Origin: a virus
Lineage: Duplodnaviria; Caudoviricetes
Reading direction: 5' to 3' (one strand)
Virus record (IMG/VR): IMGVR_UViG_3300031857_000001
DNA: 64,000 nucleotides
The notes below the pieces were generated by a model. It saw only the letters and a program-made list of their open reading frames with translations, made no database searches and had not been told where the DNA came from. The position numbers were made by a program, and so were the translations under genes. Of the stretch, positions 1-8,719 are shown piece after piece (the stretch's first letter is position 1; the number at the start of each line of letters is the position of its first letter).

Positions 1-1
1 C

Positions 2-205
2 ACAACAATTGGGAGTGGTGTACCAGACGAGCAAGCGGTGGAAGAGGTATTAAATTGTAAGGTAGACACACCAACACCAACGAGCAATCTTCGATTCATT
101 GAGGTAGAAAAGGTGTTAAAATACAAGGTAGAAAAACCCACCTTTGAAGCAGACGAATTTGCCAACCTGGTGGAAGAGGTATTAGGGTTAACAGACAATC
201 ATTAA
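2..205 (+). CDS. 3' end of a protein with 22-aa VEEVLNxxV repeats (partial)
   Basis: Frame-2 translation ...QAVEEVLNCKVDT...IEVEKVLKYKVEK...LVEEVLG*; same repeat as ORF 29412..30368; not in ORF track. Confidence 0.75.
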   Translation, partial: TTIGSGVPDEQAVEEVLNCKVDTPTPTSNLRFIEVEKVLKYKVEKPTFEADEFANLVEEVLGLTDNH

Positions 206-211
206 TATAAA

Positions 212-472
212 ATGGAACACATAGATAGAATACAAGAGTTAGAAGGGGACATCTATGATTTAAAGTCTAAGTTAAAAGAGTGTCAGGATAGGGAGTTATT
301 ATATAAGGGGATGTTATCTGAGATTAATGAATCAATTATGGAACTCTTCAAGAGGGAACAAGAGAATGAGAGATTTAGATTTGATGAGAAGATTGATTAT
401 CGTCAGTATGTTATAAATCTCAAGAAGGACTTGGATGAATATAAAAGGATATATAGGAATATTCATTTCTAA
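212..472 (+). CDS. hypothetical coiled-coil protein
   Basis: ORF track, 86 aa, charged helical composition. Confidence 0.6.
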   Translation: MEHIDRIQELEGDIYDLKSKLKECQDRELLYKGMLSEINESIMELFKREQENERFRFDEKIDYRQYVINLKKDLDEYKRIYRNIHF

Positions 473-546
473 AACACGACCCCCATTTCTAAAATATCCC
501 CTAATATAGAAAAAAAATTTCTGGAAAATTTTGGTATTTATCTTAT

Positions 547-858
547 ATGAAATATATAATCACCGAATCTCAGAATTTACAACTTAAAAAAATTAAGTTC
601 TTAAAGGACCATATTAAAGAACTATTATCTAAATACGAATGGTTTAATGGTGATGTTAAGATAAATGTGTCAACTTGGGTTAACTCAGGTAAGGTATATC
701 CTTTATATGAAATTTTGTTAGATACAGGTGGTCGTAGTTATCACTCTTATGATGAAGGTGAGGAGATTGAGGATAGTATTGACACCATGTTTACATTATT
801 ATTTCCTAAAGATGAAAATGACCGTCCCACTTCTGTATGGGATGTTGCTTTTGTGTAA
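547..858 (+). CDS. hypothetical protein with MKYIITESQ leader
   Basis: TATTTAT upstream; leader shared with other ORFs. Confidence 0.7.
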   Translation: MKYIITESQNLQLKKIKFLKDHIKELLSKYEWFNGDVKINVSTWVNSGKVYPLYEILLDTGGRSYHSYDEGEEIEDSIDTMFTLLFPKDENDRPTSVWDVAFV

Positions 859-917
859 AATTTTTTTCGTCGTTGTTCCAATCCCCCCTACCCCCTTTTT
901 TATTCTGAGTATATTTA
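858..917. repeat. C-rich intergenic cassette copy 1 (AAAATTTTT...CAATCCCCCCTACCCCCTTTTT + AGTATATTTAT)
   Basis: Related copies near 1461, 2781, 3471, 4578, 6038, 7968, 8661. Confidence 0.85.
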
Positions 918-924
918 TTGTTAT

Positions 925-1461
925 ATGAAATATATTCTTACCGAGTCCCAATATGCCGGACTGTTGAAACTAATTAAAAAACACGAAGACGATATATACT
1001 TCTTGAAAAGTAATATAGTGTCTACAATTGAATCTGATATAACCGATGTTTTACACTCCAAGTTTCAAGGTAGATTTGGACACTATGGTTATATGCAATA
1101 TCCCGCATTTTTTATTTATCCTGAAAAATTGGCGTCCGAACTTGCGAAATATAATGTAAGGGAACCATTTTTGGTTATTGATTATAATGTAAAAAAATCC
1201 ACAGGTAAAGTTGAAATTAACATCTTTTGGAATTCAAACGTGTATTTTGATTATAAAAGAGAAGATGGTAGATGGGAAAGACATAGACAACCCAAAAATA
1301 GTATTAAGTGGGACTATATAAATAACCCTGATGGACAAGAGGAATTCTTATCTAAATTGGAAAAGACCATTAACGGAAGAATTAGTGAAAAGGCTCAAAA
1401 CAAAATTATTAATGATTTTGAAAAACTTTATTCAGGGCCATCACCTAAGTTTTTTTCCTAA
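925..1461 (+). CDS. hypothetical protein with MKYILTESQ leader
   Basis: ORF track; TATTTAT upstream. Confidence 0.75.
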   Translation: MKYILTESQYAGLLKLIKKHEDDIYFLKSNIVSTIESDITDVLHSKFQGRFGHYGYMQYPAFFIYPEKLASELAKYNVREPFLVIDYNVKKSTGKVEINIFWNSNVYFDYKREDGRWERHRQPKNSIKWDYINNPDGQEEFLSKLEKTINGRISEKAQNKIINDFEKLYSGPSPKFFS

Positions 1462-1503
1462 ATTTTTCCCTTCGGGTTGTCAATCCCCCTACCCCCTTTT
1501 TTA
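1461..1503. repeat. C-rich intergenic cassette copy 2 with CCC-TTCG-GG hairpin
   Basis: aatttttcccttcgggttgtcaatccccctacccccttttt; near-identical to 2781 and 3471 copies. Confidence 0.85.
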
Positions 1504-1559
1504 TTTGGTCTATTTGCTTTATCTTTGCCCAAAGATTAATTAACAATATATTTATTACT

Positions 1560-1685
1560 ATGAAACCTGAAGAAATCAACATTCCAAAAAACTACGTAGA
1601 CAAAACTGACGAGACAAGGAACAAATTGATTCGAGATATGTTTCCTATTAGTGAAAAAAAGAATGAATCTAAAACAAAGAATTAA
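1560..1685 (+). CDS. small hypothetical protein (41 aa)
   Basis: Manual translation MKPEEINIPKNY...SKTKN*; TATCTTTG (1520) and TATTTAT upstream. Confidence 0.5.
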   Translation: MKPEEINIPKNYVDKTDETRNKLIRDMFPISEKKNESKTKN

Positions 1686-2769
1686 GTTAATCTTAAATGA
1701 AGCTTTAGGAATTCCCGATGATATTGATATGATTGTCAATATCTATACGGACCTTATAATTGATACCATTAAAAACGATATTGATAATGTTGACTCCAAA
1801 GAAGTTCAAATCAACGTTGAAGGGTATGAAGATGGGGAAGCATTCAAATATGATTTCAAAATAAGTCCAAAAGAGTCTTGGGAGTATCTTAAAAACTCAC
1901 CACTTTTCAATATGGAAGATTGGAAGAAGTTTCCAACCTTCATTAATAAAATTAGTTTTTCTTTAATTACATTCCCTGATGGAATGTTTGAAGACCGGGG
2001 AGTTACATCCCCACAGATTGAAGCAACACATATTTTCCAACCATCAACATTTCAAGTTAAACAAGTTAAGAAATGGGGTGAAGTTTATGCTATAAGTTCA
2101 TATGACTTTTCAATTAATATGAAACAGTCCGACCTTGATAATATTGAGAATATTAGAACAAAACTGAAATCAGTTATCGCTCACGAAATCTTCCACTCAT
2201 ATCAGTTGTATAAAAAATATAAGGGTACATCTAAAGTGGGATTTGGAAAGGAGGCCGTTATGAATTCTTTCCAACAGATTTTACAGAGTCAGTGGAACCC
2301 AGAGTGGAATAACTTTATGAGGGGGATATATTATGCTTTAAGGTTTGAACAACAAGCAAGAACCCCCCAATTATACTATGAACTCAAAGACAAAGGTATA
2401 AGTTCATATGAGGATTTTATGAGAGAACTATCAAAGACAGAATATTTTAATGAGATTAATTTTTTGAGAAACTTCTCGGCTCAAAAAATGATTGATTCCA
2501 TTACAAAAATTGAAAGTTTTGAGGACCTAATTTTACAAGGGGCGAAAGGTCAAGAATTTAGAGAGAACATAGAAAATTGGAATGAATATCTTCAGATTAT
2601 TGCTCGTAAGTTAAGGAATAATGGCGTTGATGTTGATAATTTCAGGGGAATAAGTAATAGAGTTAGACAAGACCCAAGAACCTTCTTTGAATATTGGGAA
2701 AAGTTTTTTGACAAAAGAGCCGAAGAAATGTTTAGAAGAGCAACAAGGATTTACGATAAGATTAAATAA
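1663..2769 (+). CDS. zincin-like (HExxH) protein with MNLKQRIKLILNE leader
   Basis: AHEIFH motif plus downstream EQQA; start moved to ATG 1663; resembles 46883..47923. Confidence 0.65.
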   Translation: MNLKQRIKLILNEALGIPDDIDMIVNIYTDLIIDTIKNDIDNVDSKEVQINVEGYEDGEAFKYDFKISPKESWEYLKNSPLFNMEDWKKFPTFINKISFSLITFPDGMFEDRGVTSPQIEATHIFQPSTFQVKQVKKWGEVYAISSYDFSINMKQSDLDNIENIRTKLKSVIAHEIFHSYQLYKKYKGTSKVGFGKEAVMNSFQQILQSQWNPEWNNFMRGIYYALRFEQQARTPQLYYELKDKGISSYEDFMRELSKTEYFNEINFLRNFSAQKMIDSITKIESFEDLILQGAKGQEFRENIENWNEYLQIIARKLRNNGVDVDNFRGISNRVRQDPRTFFEYWEKFFDKRAEEMFRRATRIYDKIK

Positions 2770-2780
2770 TTTATAACATA

Positions 2781-2835
2781 TTTCCCTTCGGGTTGTCAAT
2801 CCCCCAACCCCCTTTTTTATTCCTAGTATATTTAT
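2781..2835. repeat. C-rich intergenic cassette copy 3
   Basis: tttcccttcgggttgtcaatcccccaacccccttttttattcctagtatatttat. Confidence 0.85.
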
Positions 2836-2839
2836 TGAT

Positions 2840-3184
2840 ATGAATAATATTGAACAATATAGAAAAAGGTTCTTTATGTTAATGGAGTCATCAATGGGTG
2901 ATGTTAAACCATTAATCTTGGAAACCAGTTTAGATTTGAATACTGCAACCATATATTGGATGAGTTGTGGAGGTGATGAAGTTGAATTAACTCCCGATTC
3001 TAAGAAACTGTTATTACCTGGTAAGGTAATAAATAATACACAATATTATTATTTTGATTCTGAACCTAATGACGCCATTGGTGAATATAAAATTATGGAA
3101 TGTCTTGGACCTGAGATTGGCAAACAAGATGATTTGTATATTGATGGGGATTCGGGTAAATTATTCTTAACTAAGAATTATTAA
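2840..3184 (+). CDS. hypothetical protein with MESxMGDVxP leader
   Basis: Leader shared with 12517 and 14316. Confidence 0.75.
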   Translation: MNNIEQYRKRFFMLMESSMGDVKPLILETSLDLNTATIYWMSCGGDEVELTPDSKKLLLPGKVINNTQYYYFDSEPNDAIGEYKIMECLGPEIGKQDDLYIDGDSGKLFLTKNY

Positions 3185-3189
3185 GAGGT

Positions 3190-3465
3190 ATGGACTACAT
3201 TGTAAATTACTCACAACTTGCGGCATGCATTCGTAGAAGGTTTTCTATTGAAGACATAAATCAGATTATACGTTCAGTTAAGGAACAGATTGAAGATGGT
3301 GAGAGTGTGGACACGGCGGTGTATGATACAATCAGACATTATATCGCATTAAAACGACCTACCCGTATTAATGACGAGGGAACCGAACAACAATATTGGG
3401 ATTCTTATATCAAATATGAAATCCCCCTTGTTGAATTTGTTAAACATGTTTTGGAATTAAAATAA
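3190..3465 (+). CDS. hypothetical protein
   Basis: ORF track, 91 aa. Confidence 0.6.
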   Translation: MDYIVNYSQLAACIRRRFSIEDINQIIRSVKEQIEDGESVDTAVYDTIRHYIALKRPTRINDEGTEQQYWDSYIKYEIPLVEFVKHVLELK

Positions 3466-3470
3466 TTCCT

Positions 3471-3515
3471 AAAATTTTTCCCTTCGGGTTATCAATCCCC
3501 CTACCCCCTTTTTTT
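3471..3515. repeat. C-rich intergenic cassette copy 4
   Basis: aaaatttttcccttcgggttatcaatccccctacccccttttttt. Confidence 0.85.
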
Positions 3516-3580
3516 AAAAGGGTTCCCCATTGTTGAAAAAAAATTTCTGGAAAAAATTTTGGGGAATTGGGACTTTGTGG

Positions 3581-3588
3581 TATCTTTG
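3581..3588 (+). promoter_or_regulatory. Bacteroidota-type sigma70 -7 element TAnnTTTG (representative copy)
   Basis: TATCTTTG 16 nt before ATG 3605; further copies at 1520, 23858, 27200, 28781, 40101, 40990, 49991, 61533, 62426, 63038 (+) and 16176, 16904, 20405, 51824, 57814, 61457 (-). Confidence 0.8.
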
Positions 3589-3604
3589 TCAAAAATTAAT
3601 CACA

Positions 3605-4528
3605 ATGAGTAAAGTTACAATGGAAATCGGACAACGTTTAATTATTGAGAAGTATGTGCAAGATGCTTATGACAGATTGAAAAATGTTCCAAACCCCAAA
3701 ATGACAGATAGTCTTCATAAATTCATATGTGATTGTGTGGGACATCTTCCGGCAACCTATGGTCCTAAGATTCAGAATAAAATTATTCGTGAACTTAAAG
3801 CCATTGTTGTATCAAGTGATAAGGAACGAGGTGACTTTAGAAAGAATGTCACATTCTTTGAGGTTAAATGTTCATTCCTTTCAAAGGGGGTTAGCTATTC
3901 AATTACCAATATTCGAAATTGGCATAACTTTGACTATTATGTTCTTTGTTTTATTGATGTTACCAATAACTTTACTCCAAACTTCTATGTTATCAAAAAG
4001 GATGATATCAATAACTTCAAACTAAGGGGGATGAACGGTACTGCCGAATCTAATACCGTTAATCAGAATGTTGGTATGCGTACCGCCATTCAAGTTGATT
4101 CCCCTGATATGGAACTTTTGAAAAGTTTGAATCTTTTGAAGGACAATAGTTTTGAATCTTTATATGAGTTTGTTGATTCATTCAAGATGAAAAAGACAAA
4201 ACCTAATGGATTTAAATTTAAATTCAATGGACAGAATTTTGATAGTGATAATGTTACCGAGAACTACATTAATTTCTTGAAATATTTTTTGTATATTAAT
4301 CAGGGTTCCAATTCTTTGGGTATTCAAAACATTCAACGTTCTTTGGGTAAGTTCTTTTCTTTCAATGTTAAAAATCTTTCAAGTTGTACAAGAAAGAAAA
4401 AACAATATGTTAAGATTATGGATACGTTCTATGTTTCAACATACACATCAACCCAAAAGAAAATTGGTCATATTCAGAAAATATGTGACTCTTATCCATA
4501 TGAACTTAACTTTGAATTCTATGGTTAA
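3605..4528 (+). CDS. putative PD-(D/E)xK restriction-like endonuclease with extra C-terminal domain
   Basis: RGDF...FFEVKCS motif; start moved to ATG 3605 downstream of the promoter. Confidence 0.5.
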   Translation: MSKVTMEIGQRLIIEKYVQDAYDRLKNVPNPKMTDSLHKFICDCVGHLPATYGPKIQNKIIRELKAIVVSSDKERGDFRKNVTFFEVKCSFLSKGVSYSITNIRNWHNFDYYVLCFIDVTNNFTPNFYVIKKDDINNFKLRGMNGTAESNTVNQNVGMRTAIQVDSPDMELLKSLNLLKDNSFESLYEFVDSFKMKKTKPNGFKFKFNGQNFDSDNVTENYINFLKYFLYINQGSNSLGIQNIQRSLGKFFSFNVKNLSSCTRKKKQYVKIMDTFYVSTYTSTQKKIGHIQKICDSYPYELNFEFYG

Positions 4529-4534
4529 TTTGCT

Positions 4535-4570
4535 ATCCCCCATTTCTTATTGTAGAGTGGGGGATTTTTT
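4535..4570 (+). terminator. intrinsic terminator
   Basis: ATCCCC/GGGGAT stem followed by T run. Confidence 0.6.
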
Positions 4571-4577
4571 TCTATAA

Positions 4578-4635
4578 ATTTTTTTCGACGGTTTCCGATT
4601 CCCCCTACCCCCTTTTTTATTTATAGTATATTTAT
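4578..4635. repeat. C-rich intergenic cassette copy 5
   Basis: aattttttt...gattccccctacccccttttttatttatagtatatttat. Confidence 0.8.
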
Positions 4636-4639
4636 TTAT

Positions 4640-5701
4640 ATGTCTAAAAGATTTGTAATTAGTGAAAACGAAATCCGAGAAATCAGGTCAATGTACGGAT
4701 TATTAAATGAACAAGAAAGAGTTATAAATGCGTCTACATCTCCTGAAAAAATGTCCAACTTTCCTGGAAATCAAAAATTTGGTTTGAGAGGGGATAAAAC
4801 TAAAGAAAATTTTTATTTCAAGTCAACATTAAAAAATTTAATATTTGCCAGTACTGGTGATGCAACAAATTATCTCTCAAGTTTCACTCCTACAAATGAT
4901 GCTAAACAATATGTTGACTACATAAAAATTGGGGATAATGAATTAACAAATCAAGGAAGTATTAGTTTTGATTTGAGAACTTTACCTTCCTCAACTGAAG
5001 TTATTGCGACTCACAATGGTTTATTGTTATTGAGAAGAATGATGAATGAATTGGGAGGACAAAAAAATGGAAAAGTAACTTTGAGTATGAGTTCGGAGGT
5101 TAGAGAGTCGGGGCAAAAAAACTATACAATATCAGGTTTATCTTCCTCAATAATTGCCGGATTCAATGGGTTATCATCTGTTTTGGGAGTTTTGATTGTT
5201 CCCCAACAAGAAAGAGAGAAAATAAGTGATGGATACGCTGTCCAATATTTTAAAGATAAAAGTGACGATGAACTTAAAAGTATGGCCCTAAAATTTATGA
5301 AAAACATAACATCTTACTATTTTTTGGCAAAACAAGATGTTCCCCAAATAGATACAATAATTACTGATAAACAATTTACAACTGCTGCTGACACAAGTGC
5401 ATTTGAAACTTATTATGGTAATGGACTAACCAGAGATAATTTATCTGTTTTAAATTCATCTTGGAAAAAATTACAAGACGAGTTAAAAAGTATTATGATA
5501 TCCAACATGAAATTGTATTACCCTGAGGATTTCCAAGGGTTAGCCGAGAAAGCGGCTGAGATGGTTAAATCAGCATATTCTACAGATAAGTTTAATGAAA
5601 ATTACAGTAGATTATTCAAACAAAGTGAACTTGGTAGATTATCTCCAATCCAACAAGGTACAAAAACCCAATCTTCCACTTCTTATCAATTAGGAAAGTA
5701 A
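4640..5701 (+). CDS. hypothetical protein with ISENE..I..MY..LNE leader
   Basis: 353 aa; TATTTAT upstream. Confidence 0.75.
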   Translation: MSKRFVISENEIREIRSMYGLLNEQERVINASTSPEKMSNFPGNQKFGLRGDKTKENFYFKSTLKNLIFASTGDATNYLSSFTPTNDAKQYVDYIKIGDNELTNQGSISFDLRTLPSSTEVIATHNGLLLLRRMMNELGGQKNGKVTLSMSSEVRESGQKNYTISGLSSSIIAGFNGLSSVLGVLIVPQQEREKISDGYAVQYFKDKSDDELKSMALKFMKNITSYYFLAKQDVPQIDTIITDKQFTTAADTSAFETYYGNGLTRDNLSVLNSSWKKLQDELKSIMISNMKLYYPEDFQGLAEKAAEMVKSAYSTDKFNENYSRLFKQSELGRLSPIQQGTKTQSSTSYQLGK

Positions 5702-5703
5702 TT

Positions 5704-5988
5704 TTATTTATAAACTTTTACCGTCTTAACGTTAAACCAAGTCGAAGTTTCAGGTGCGACATAACTTTTTCCATCAATAATAATGAATTCGTTTTCATAG
5801 ATTACGGTGGTGTCGCCCTGAGAAAAAACAAGTTCTTTATAAACCGTGAGAGCTGGCTCCTCAACATATGAAGTATCAGTATAAACTGTAATTACCCTGT
5901 CACTATCGGAATCCTTGACTGACAATTGGGTTGTCTTACAAGAAAACAAGTATAGAGAAATAAAAGAGAATACGATTATTTTTTTCAT
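5704..5988 (-). CDS. putative lipoprotein
   Basis: MKK + hydrophobic core + LFSC lipobox. Confidence 0.65.
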   Translation of the reverse strand: MKKIIVFSFISLYLFSCKTTQLSVKDSDSDRVITVYTDTSYVEEPALTVYKELVFSQGDTTVIYENEFIIIDGKSYVAPETSTWFNVKTVKVYK

Positions 5989-6037
5989 GTGGTTTATTAT
6001 TTAACTACAAAAATACAACAAAACTAACCTAAAACAA

Positions 6038-6080
6038 AATTTTTTATTCTGTGTTACCAATCTCCTACCCCCTTTTTTAT
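6038..6080. repeat. C-rich intergenic cassette copy 6 (degenerate)
   Basis: aatttttt...ccaatctcctacccccttttttat. Confidence 0.7.
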
Positions 6081-6142
6081 TTAAATCTATATTGACATAG
6101 TAATTCATTTTGTTTATCATTATGAAAAATTAATTAAACAAT

Positions 6143-7285
6143 ATGAAAAAAACATTATTTTCTTTTATCCTAACCGTATTGAGTATTTGTTCATTCGCTC
6201 AAAACACGGTTGTTGACATTATCGTTAACAGTGCTGAACATGACACATTGGAAGCTGCCGTTATTGCTGCAGAACTTGCCGATGATTTATCGGGACCTGG
6301 TCCATTTACAGTTTTTGCCCCAACTGATGAGGCTTTTGCGGCTCTTCCTTCAGGTACAATCGAAACTCTACTAGCTGACCCAACTGGAACACTTGCTCAG
6401 ATTCTTTTGTATCACGTTGTTGGTGGTCAAGCTCTTTCAACAGATTTGAGTGATGGTCAAATTATTGCAACACTACAAGGACAAACTGTAGAGGTTACTA
6501 TTAATGCCGAGGGAGTATTCATCAACGATGCTCAAGTTATAGTTGCTGACATCACGGCTACCAACGGAGTAGTTCACGTAATTGACGCTATCCTTCTACC
6601 ACCGGCTCCACAACCAACAACTACTGTTGTAGATGTAATTGTTAATAGTGATGTTCACAATACACTTGAAGCGGCTGTTGTTGCAGCAGGTTTGGTTGAA
6701 ACACTTAGTGGTACTGGACCGTTCACCGTATTTGCTCCTACTGATAACGCGTTTGCCGCACTTCCTGCCGGTACAGTTGAGGCTCTTTTGGCGAACATCG
6801 GAGAACTACAAAACATATTACTTTACCACGTTGCGTCAGGTTCAGTTTTGTCAACTGATTTGACAAATGGTCAAGAAATTCCAACTTTAACGTTCTTCCC
6901 TCCACTTGTTGTAACAATTGATAACAATGGTGTTATGATTAATAACGCAATGGTTACAGTTGCTGACATTGTTGCCGATAATGGTGTTATTCACGTAATT
7001 GACGCAGTTCTTTTGCCACAACAACCAAGTTTTGTTTCAAATGGTGAGACAATCGGTAGTGTGGATGTTTATCCAAATCCGGCAAATGACATTCTTAACG
7101 TTTCAACAAATAATCAAGGTGTAATTGAGATTTATTCATCTGAGGGTAAATTGATTAGTACAACAAGTTATTCAGGTCCAAACACTGTGGTTAATGTTGA
7201 AGAATTGAGCAGAGGAAATTACATTGCGGTTGTTAGAGACAATAACGGAACCGTTCAGTTGTCCAAATTCACAAAAAACATTTAA
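6143..7285 (+). CDS. fasciclin (2x FAS1) protein with type A T9SS C-terminal domain
   Basis: Two copies of GPFTVFAPTD.AF...NGV.HVIDA.L; signal peptide ..SFA-Q; C-terminal VYPNPAND.L...G.Y...KF.K. Confidence 0.9.
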   Translation: MKKTLFSFILTVLSICSFAQNTVVDIIVNSAEHDTLEAAVIAAELADDLSGPGPFTVFAPTDEAFAALPSGTIETLLADPTGTLAQILLYHVVGGQALSTDLSDGQIIATLQGQTVEVTINAEGVFINDAQVIVADITATNGVVHVIDAILLPPAPQPTTTVVDVIVNSDVHNTLEAAVVAAGLVETLSGTGPFTVFAPTDNAFAALPAGTVEALLANIGELQNILLYHVASGSVLSTDLTNGQEIPTLTFFPPLVVTIDNNGVMINNAMVTVADIVADNGVIHVIDAVLLPQQPSFVSNGETIGSVDVYPNPANDILNVSTNNQGVIEIYSSEGKLISTTSYSGPNTVVNVEELSRGNYIAVVRDNNGTVQLSKFTKNI

Positions 7286-7306
7286 TAATTAAATTATAAT
7301 TATTTT

Positions 7307-7334
7307 AAACCCCTCCCACAAAGAGGGGTTTTTT
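7307..7334 (+). terminator. intrinsic terminator
   Basis: AAACCCCTC/GAGGGGTTT + T run. Confidence 0.8.
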
Positions 7335-7364
7335 ATTTGAAATTTATTTCCTATATTTATTATT

Positions 7365-7799
7365 ATGGAAGAAGAAGAAAATATTATTGGTTTAACCGCA
7401 TGGGATAATTTAACCACAACTACTACTGGTGATTACTTAGTTGCGGGAGGTAACCTTTTATATAATTCATATACCTCATGGAGTGCCCCATATGATATGG
7501 ATTTTAAACTACCTGATATTTTTTTGAAGGTTATTAAACTAATGATTCCTGAAATTAAAAATGTCATTGTACGTAATTCTTCTTTGACTTTAAATTCATT
7601 GAATCAAATTGAAAACCTAACAATTAACTTGTTTATTATTTTGGATGAAACATCTTCTGGTGATAAGGACTATGAAGAAAAAATTCGTGATTTGTTTAGA
7701 ATGACATTTTCAGACATTGACTATGTTACACTAAATGTTAAACAATTTGATTCTAATAATAAAAAATTCTCTGAGATTCTTAGATTGTTTGGTAAATAA
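7365..7799 (+). CDS. hypothetical protein
   Basis: ORF track; TATTTAT upstream. Confidence 0.65.
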   Translation: MEEEENIIGLTAWDNLTTTTTGDYLVAGGNLLYNSYTSWSAPYDMDFKLPDIFLKVIKLMIPEIKNVIVRNSSLTLNSLNQIENLTINLFIILDETSSGDKDYEEKIRDLFRMTFSDIDYVTLNVKQFDSNNKKFSEILRLFGK

Positions 7800-7969
7800 T
7801 GTTTTGGTTTCTATTTGGTTTTTTTATTTTAATTGCAGCTCTTATTGGTTTTGTGTCTGAGTTCTTTGAACAGATGAAGACAAGTGAGTATGAAATTGTT
7901 CGAATCATTTATTGGATTTTTGTTGTTGTTGTGTGGGTGTCCATTTTTATTTGGTTGATTAATCTATAA
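7799..7969 (+). CDS. small two-TM membrane protein (56 aa)
   Basis: Manual translation MFWFLFGFFILIAALIG...WVSIFIWLINL*; start overlaps the upstream stop. Confidence 0.6.
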   Translation: MFWFLFGFFILIAALIGFVSEFFEQMKTSEYEIVRIIYWIFVVVVWVSIFIWLINL

Positions 7970-8010
7970 AAATTTTTTATGTTCCGATTACCCCCTACGC
8001 CTTTTTTTTA
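7968..8010. repeat. C-rich intergenic cassette copy 7 (degenerate)
   Basis: aaaaattttttatgttccgattaccccctacgccttttttt. Confidence 0.7.
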
Positions 8011-8043
8011 TTAACTTTGTATTTATTAATATATTTTTATCCT

Positions 8044-8661
8044 ATGAGTAAAGAAATGAGAGAAATGATAAATAAGTTTGGTAATGTACTGAACGAATCA
8101 TCTTTAAATCGTATATATTCCCACATTCAAAAATATGACTGTGCAATTATCACCGCCTTTAGAAGTTCTATGGTAAATTGTATGGATGAAGAAGATGAGA
8201 GAAAACTTAATATTAGAAACAACAAATCTCGTAATAAGAATTTGAAGTCCGCTCTTATCTCTTTGGGGTATGGTGTCACAAATGTTAAGGGTACTTACGT
8301 TGAAAACTTTTTATCAGATAATCAGATTGAAGTTAAGGAAGATAGTTACTTTGTTGTTAATCTTTCTGATGACCCGCGGTTTATTGATAAGATAAAAAAA
8401 CTTGGTGAGATGTTTTGTCAGGATAGTGTTATGATTTTGGAGAAGGGTGGTGATAACAATTATTTGTTCGGAACAAATAAATCTGATTTCCCTGGTTATG
8501 GGGAAAGTATTCCTGTTGGAAATTTTAAACCTGGAATTGAATCCGAGTTTATGACAAAGGTTGGTGGCCGACCATTTGCCCTTGAATCATTTGGTGATTT
8601 GCAAATTAACTCTAAGCGTCTTGTTAAAGAATTTGCAAAACCTATTATTGATTTGTTGTAA
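8044..8661 (+). CDS. phage hypothetical protein (DUF3293-like), leader ending VLNE
   Basis: AIITAFR...LGYG...KGTYVE...EDSYFV...FCQDSV pattern recalled from phage proteins; start moved to 8044. Confidence 0.55.
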   Translation: MSKEMREMINKFGNVLNESSLNRIYSHIQKYDCAIITAFRSSMVNCMDEEDERKLNIRNNKSRNKNLKSALISLGYGVTNVKGTYVENFLSDNQIEVKEDSYFVVNLSDDPRFIDKIKKLGEMFCQDSVMILEKGGDNNYLFGTNKSDFPGYGESIPVGNFKPGIESEFMTKVGGRPFALESFGDLQINSKRLVKEFAKPIIDLL

Positions 8662-8715
8662 AAATTTTTCTTACCAATCCCTCTATCCCCTTTTTTTATT
8701 CTGAGTATATTTATT
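8661..8715. repeat. C-rich intergenic cassette copy 8
   Basis: aaaatttttcttaccaatcccctctatccctttttttattctgagtatatttat. Confidence 0.75.
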
Positions 8716-8719
8716 TTAT

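Noticed and set aside
1461-3515. Cassette copies as IS elements or MITEs
   Set aside because: No terminal inverted repeats, target-site duplications or transposase; kept as repeats of unknown function
3530-3604. ORF-track N-terminal extension of the nuclease (similar extensions at 8017, 16186, 19282, 26132, 27353, 28717, 40984, 55003, 62395, 62411)
   Set aside because: Extensions run through promoter motifs or overlap neighbours; downstream ATGs fit better
7799-7969. Possible homopolymer frameshift in a T-rich small gene
   Set aside because: Careful recount shows a continuous 56-codon frame
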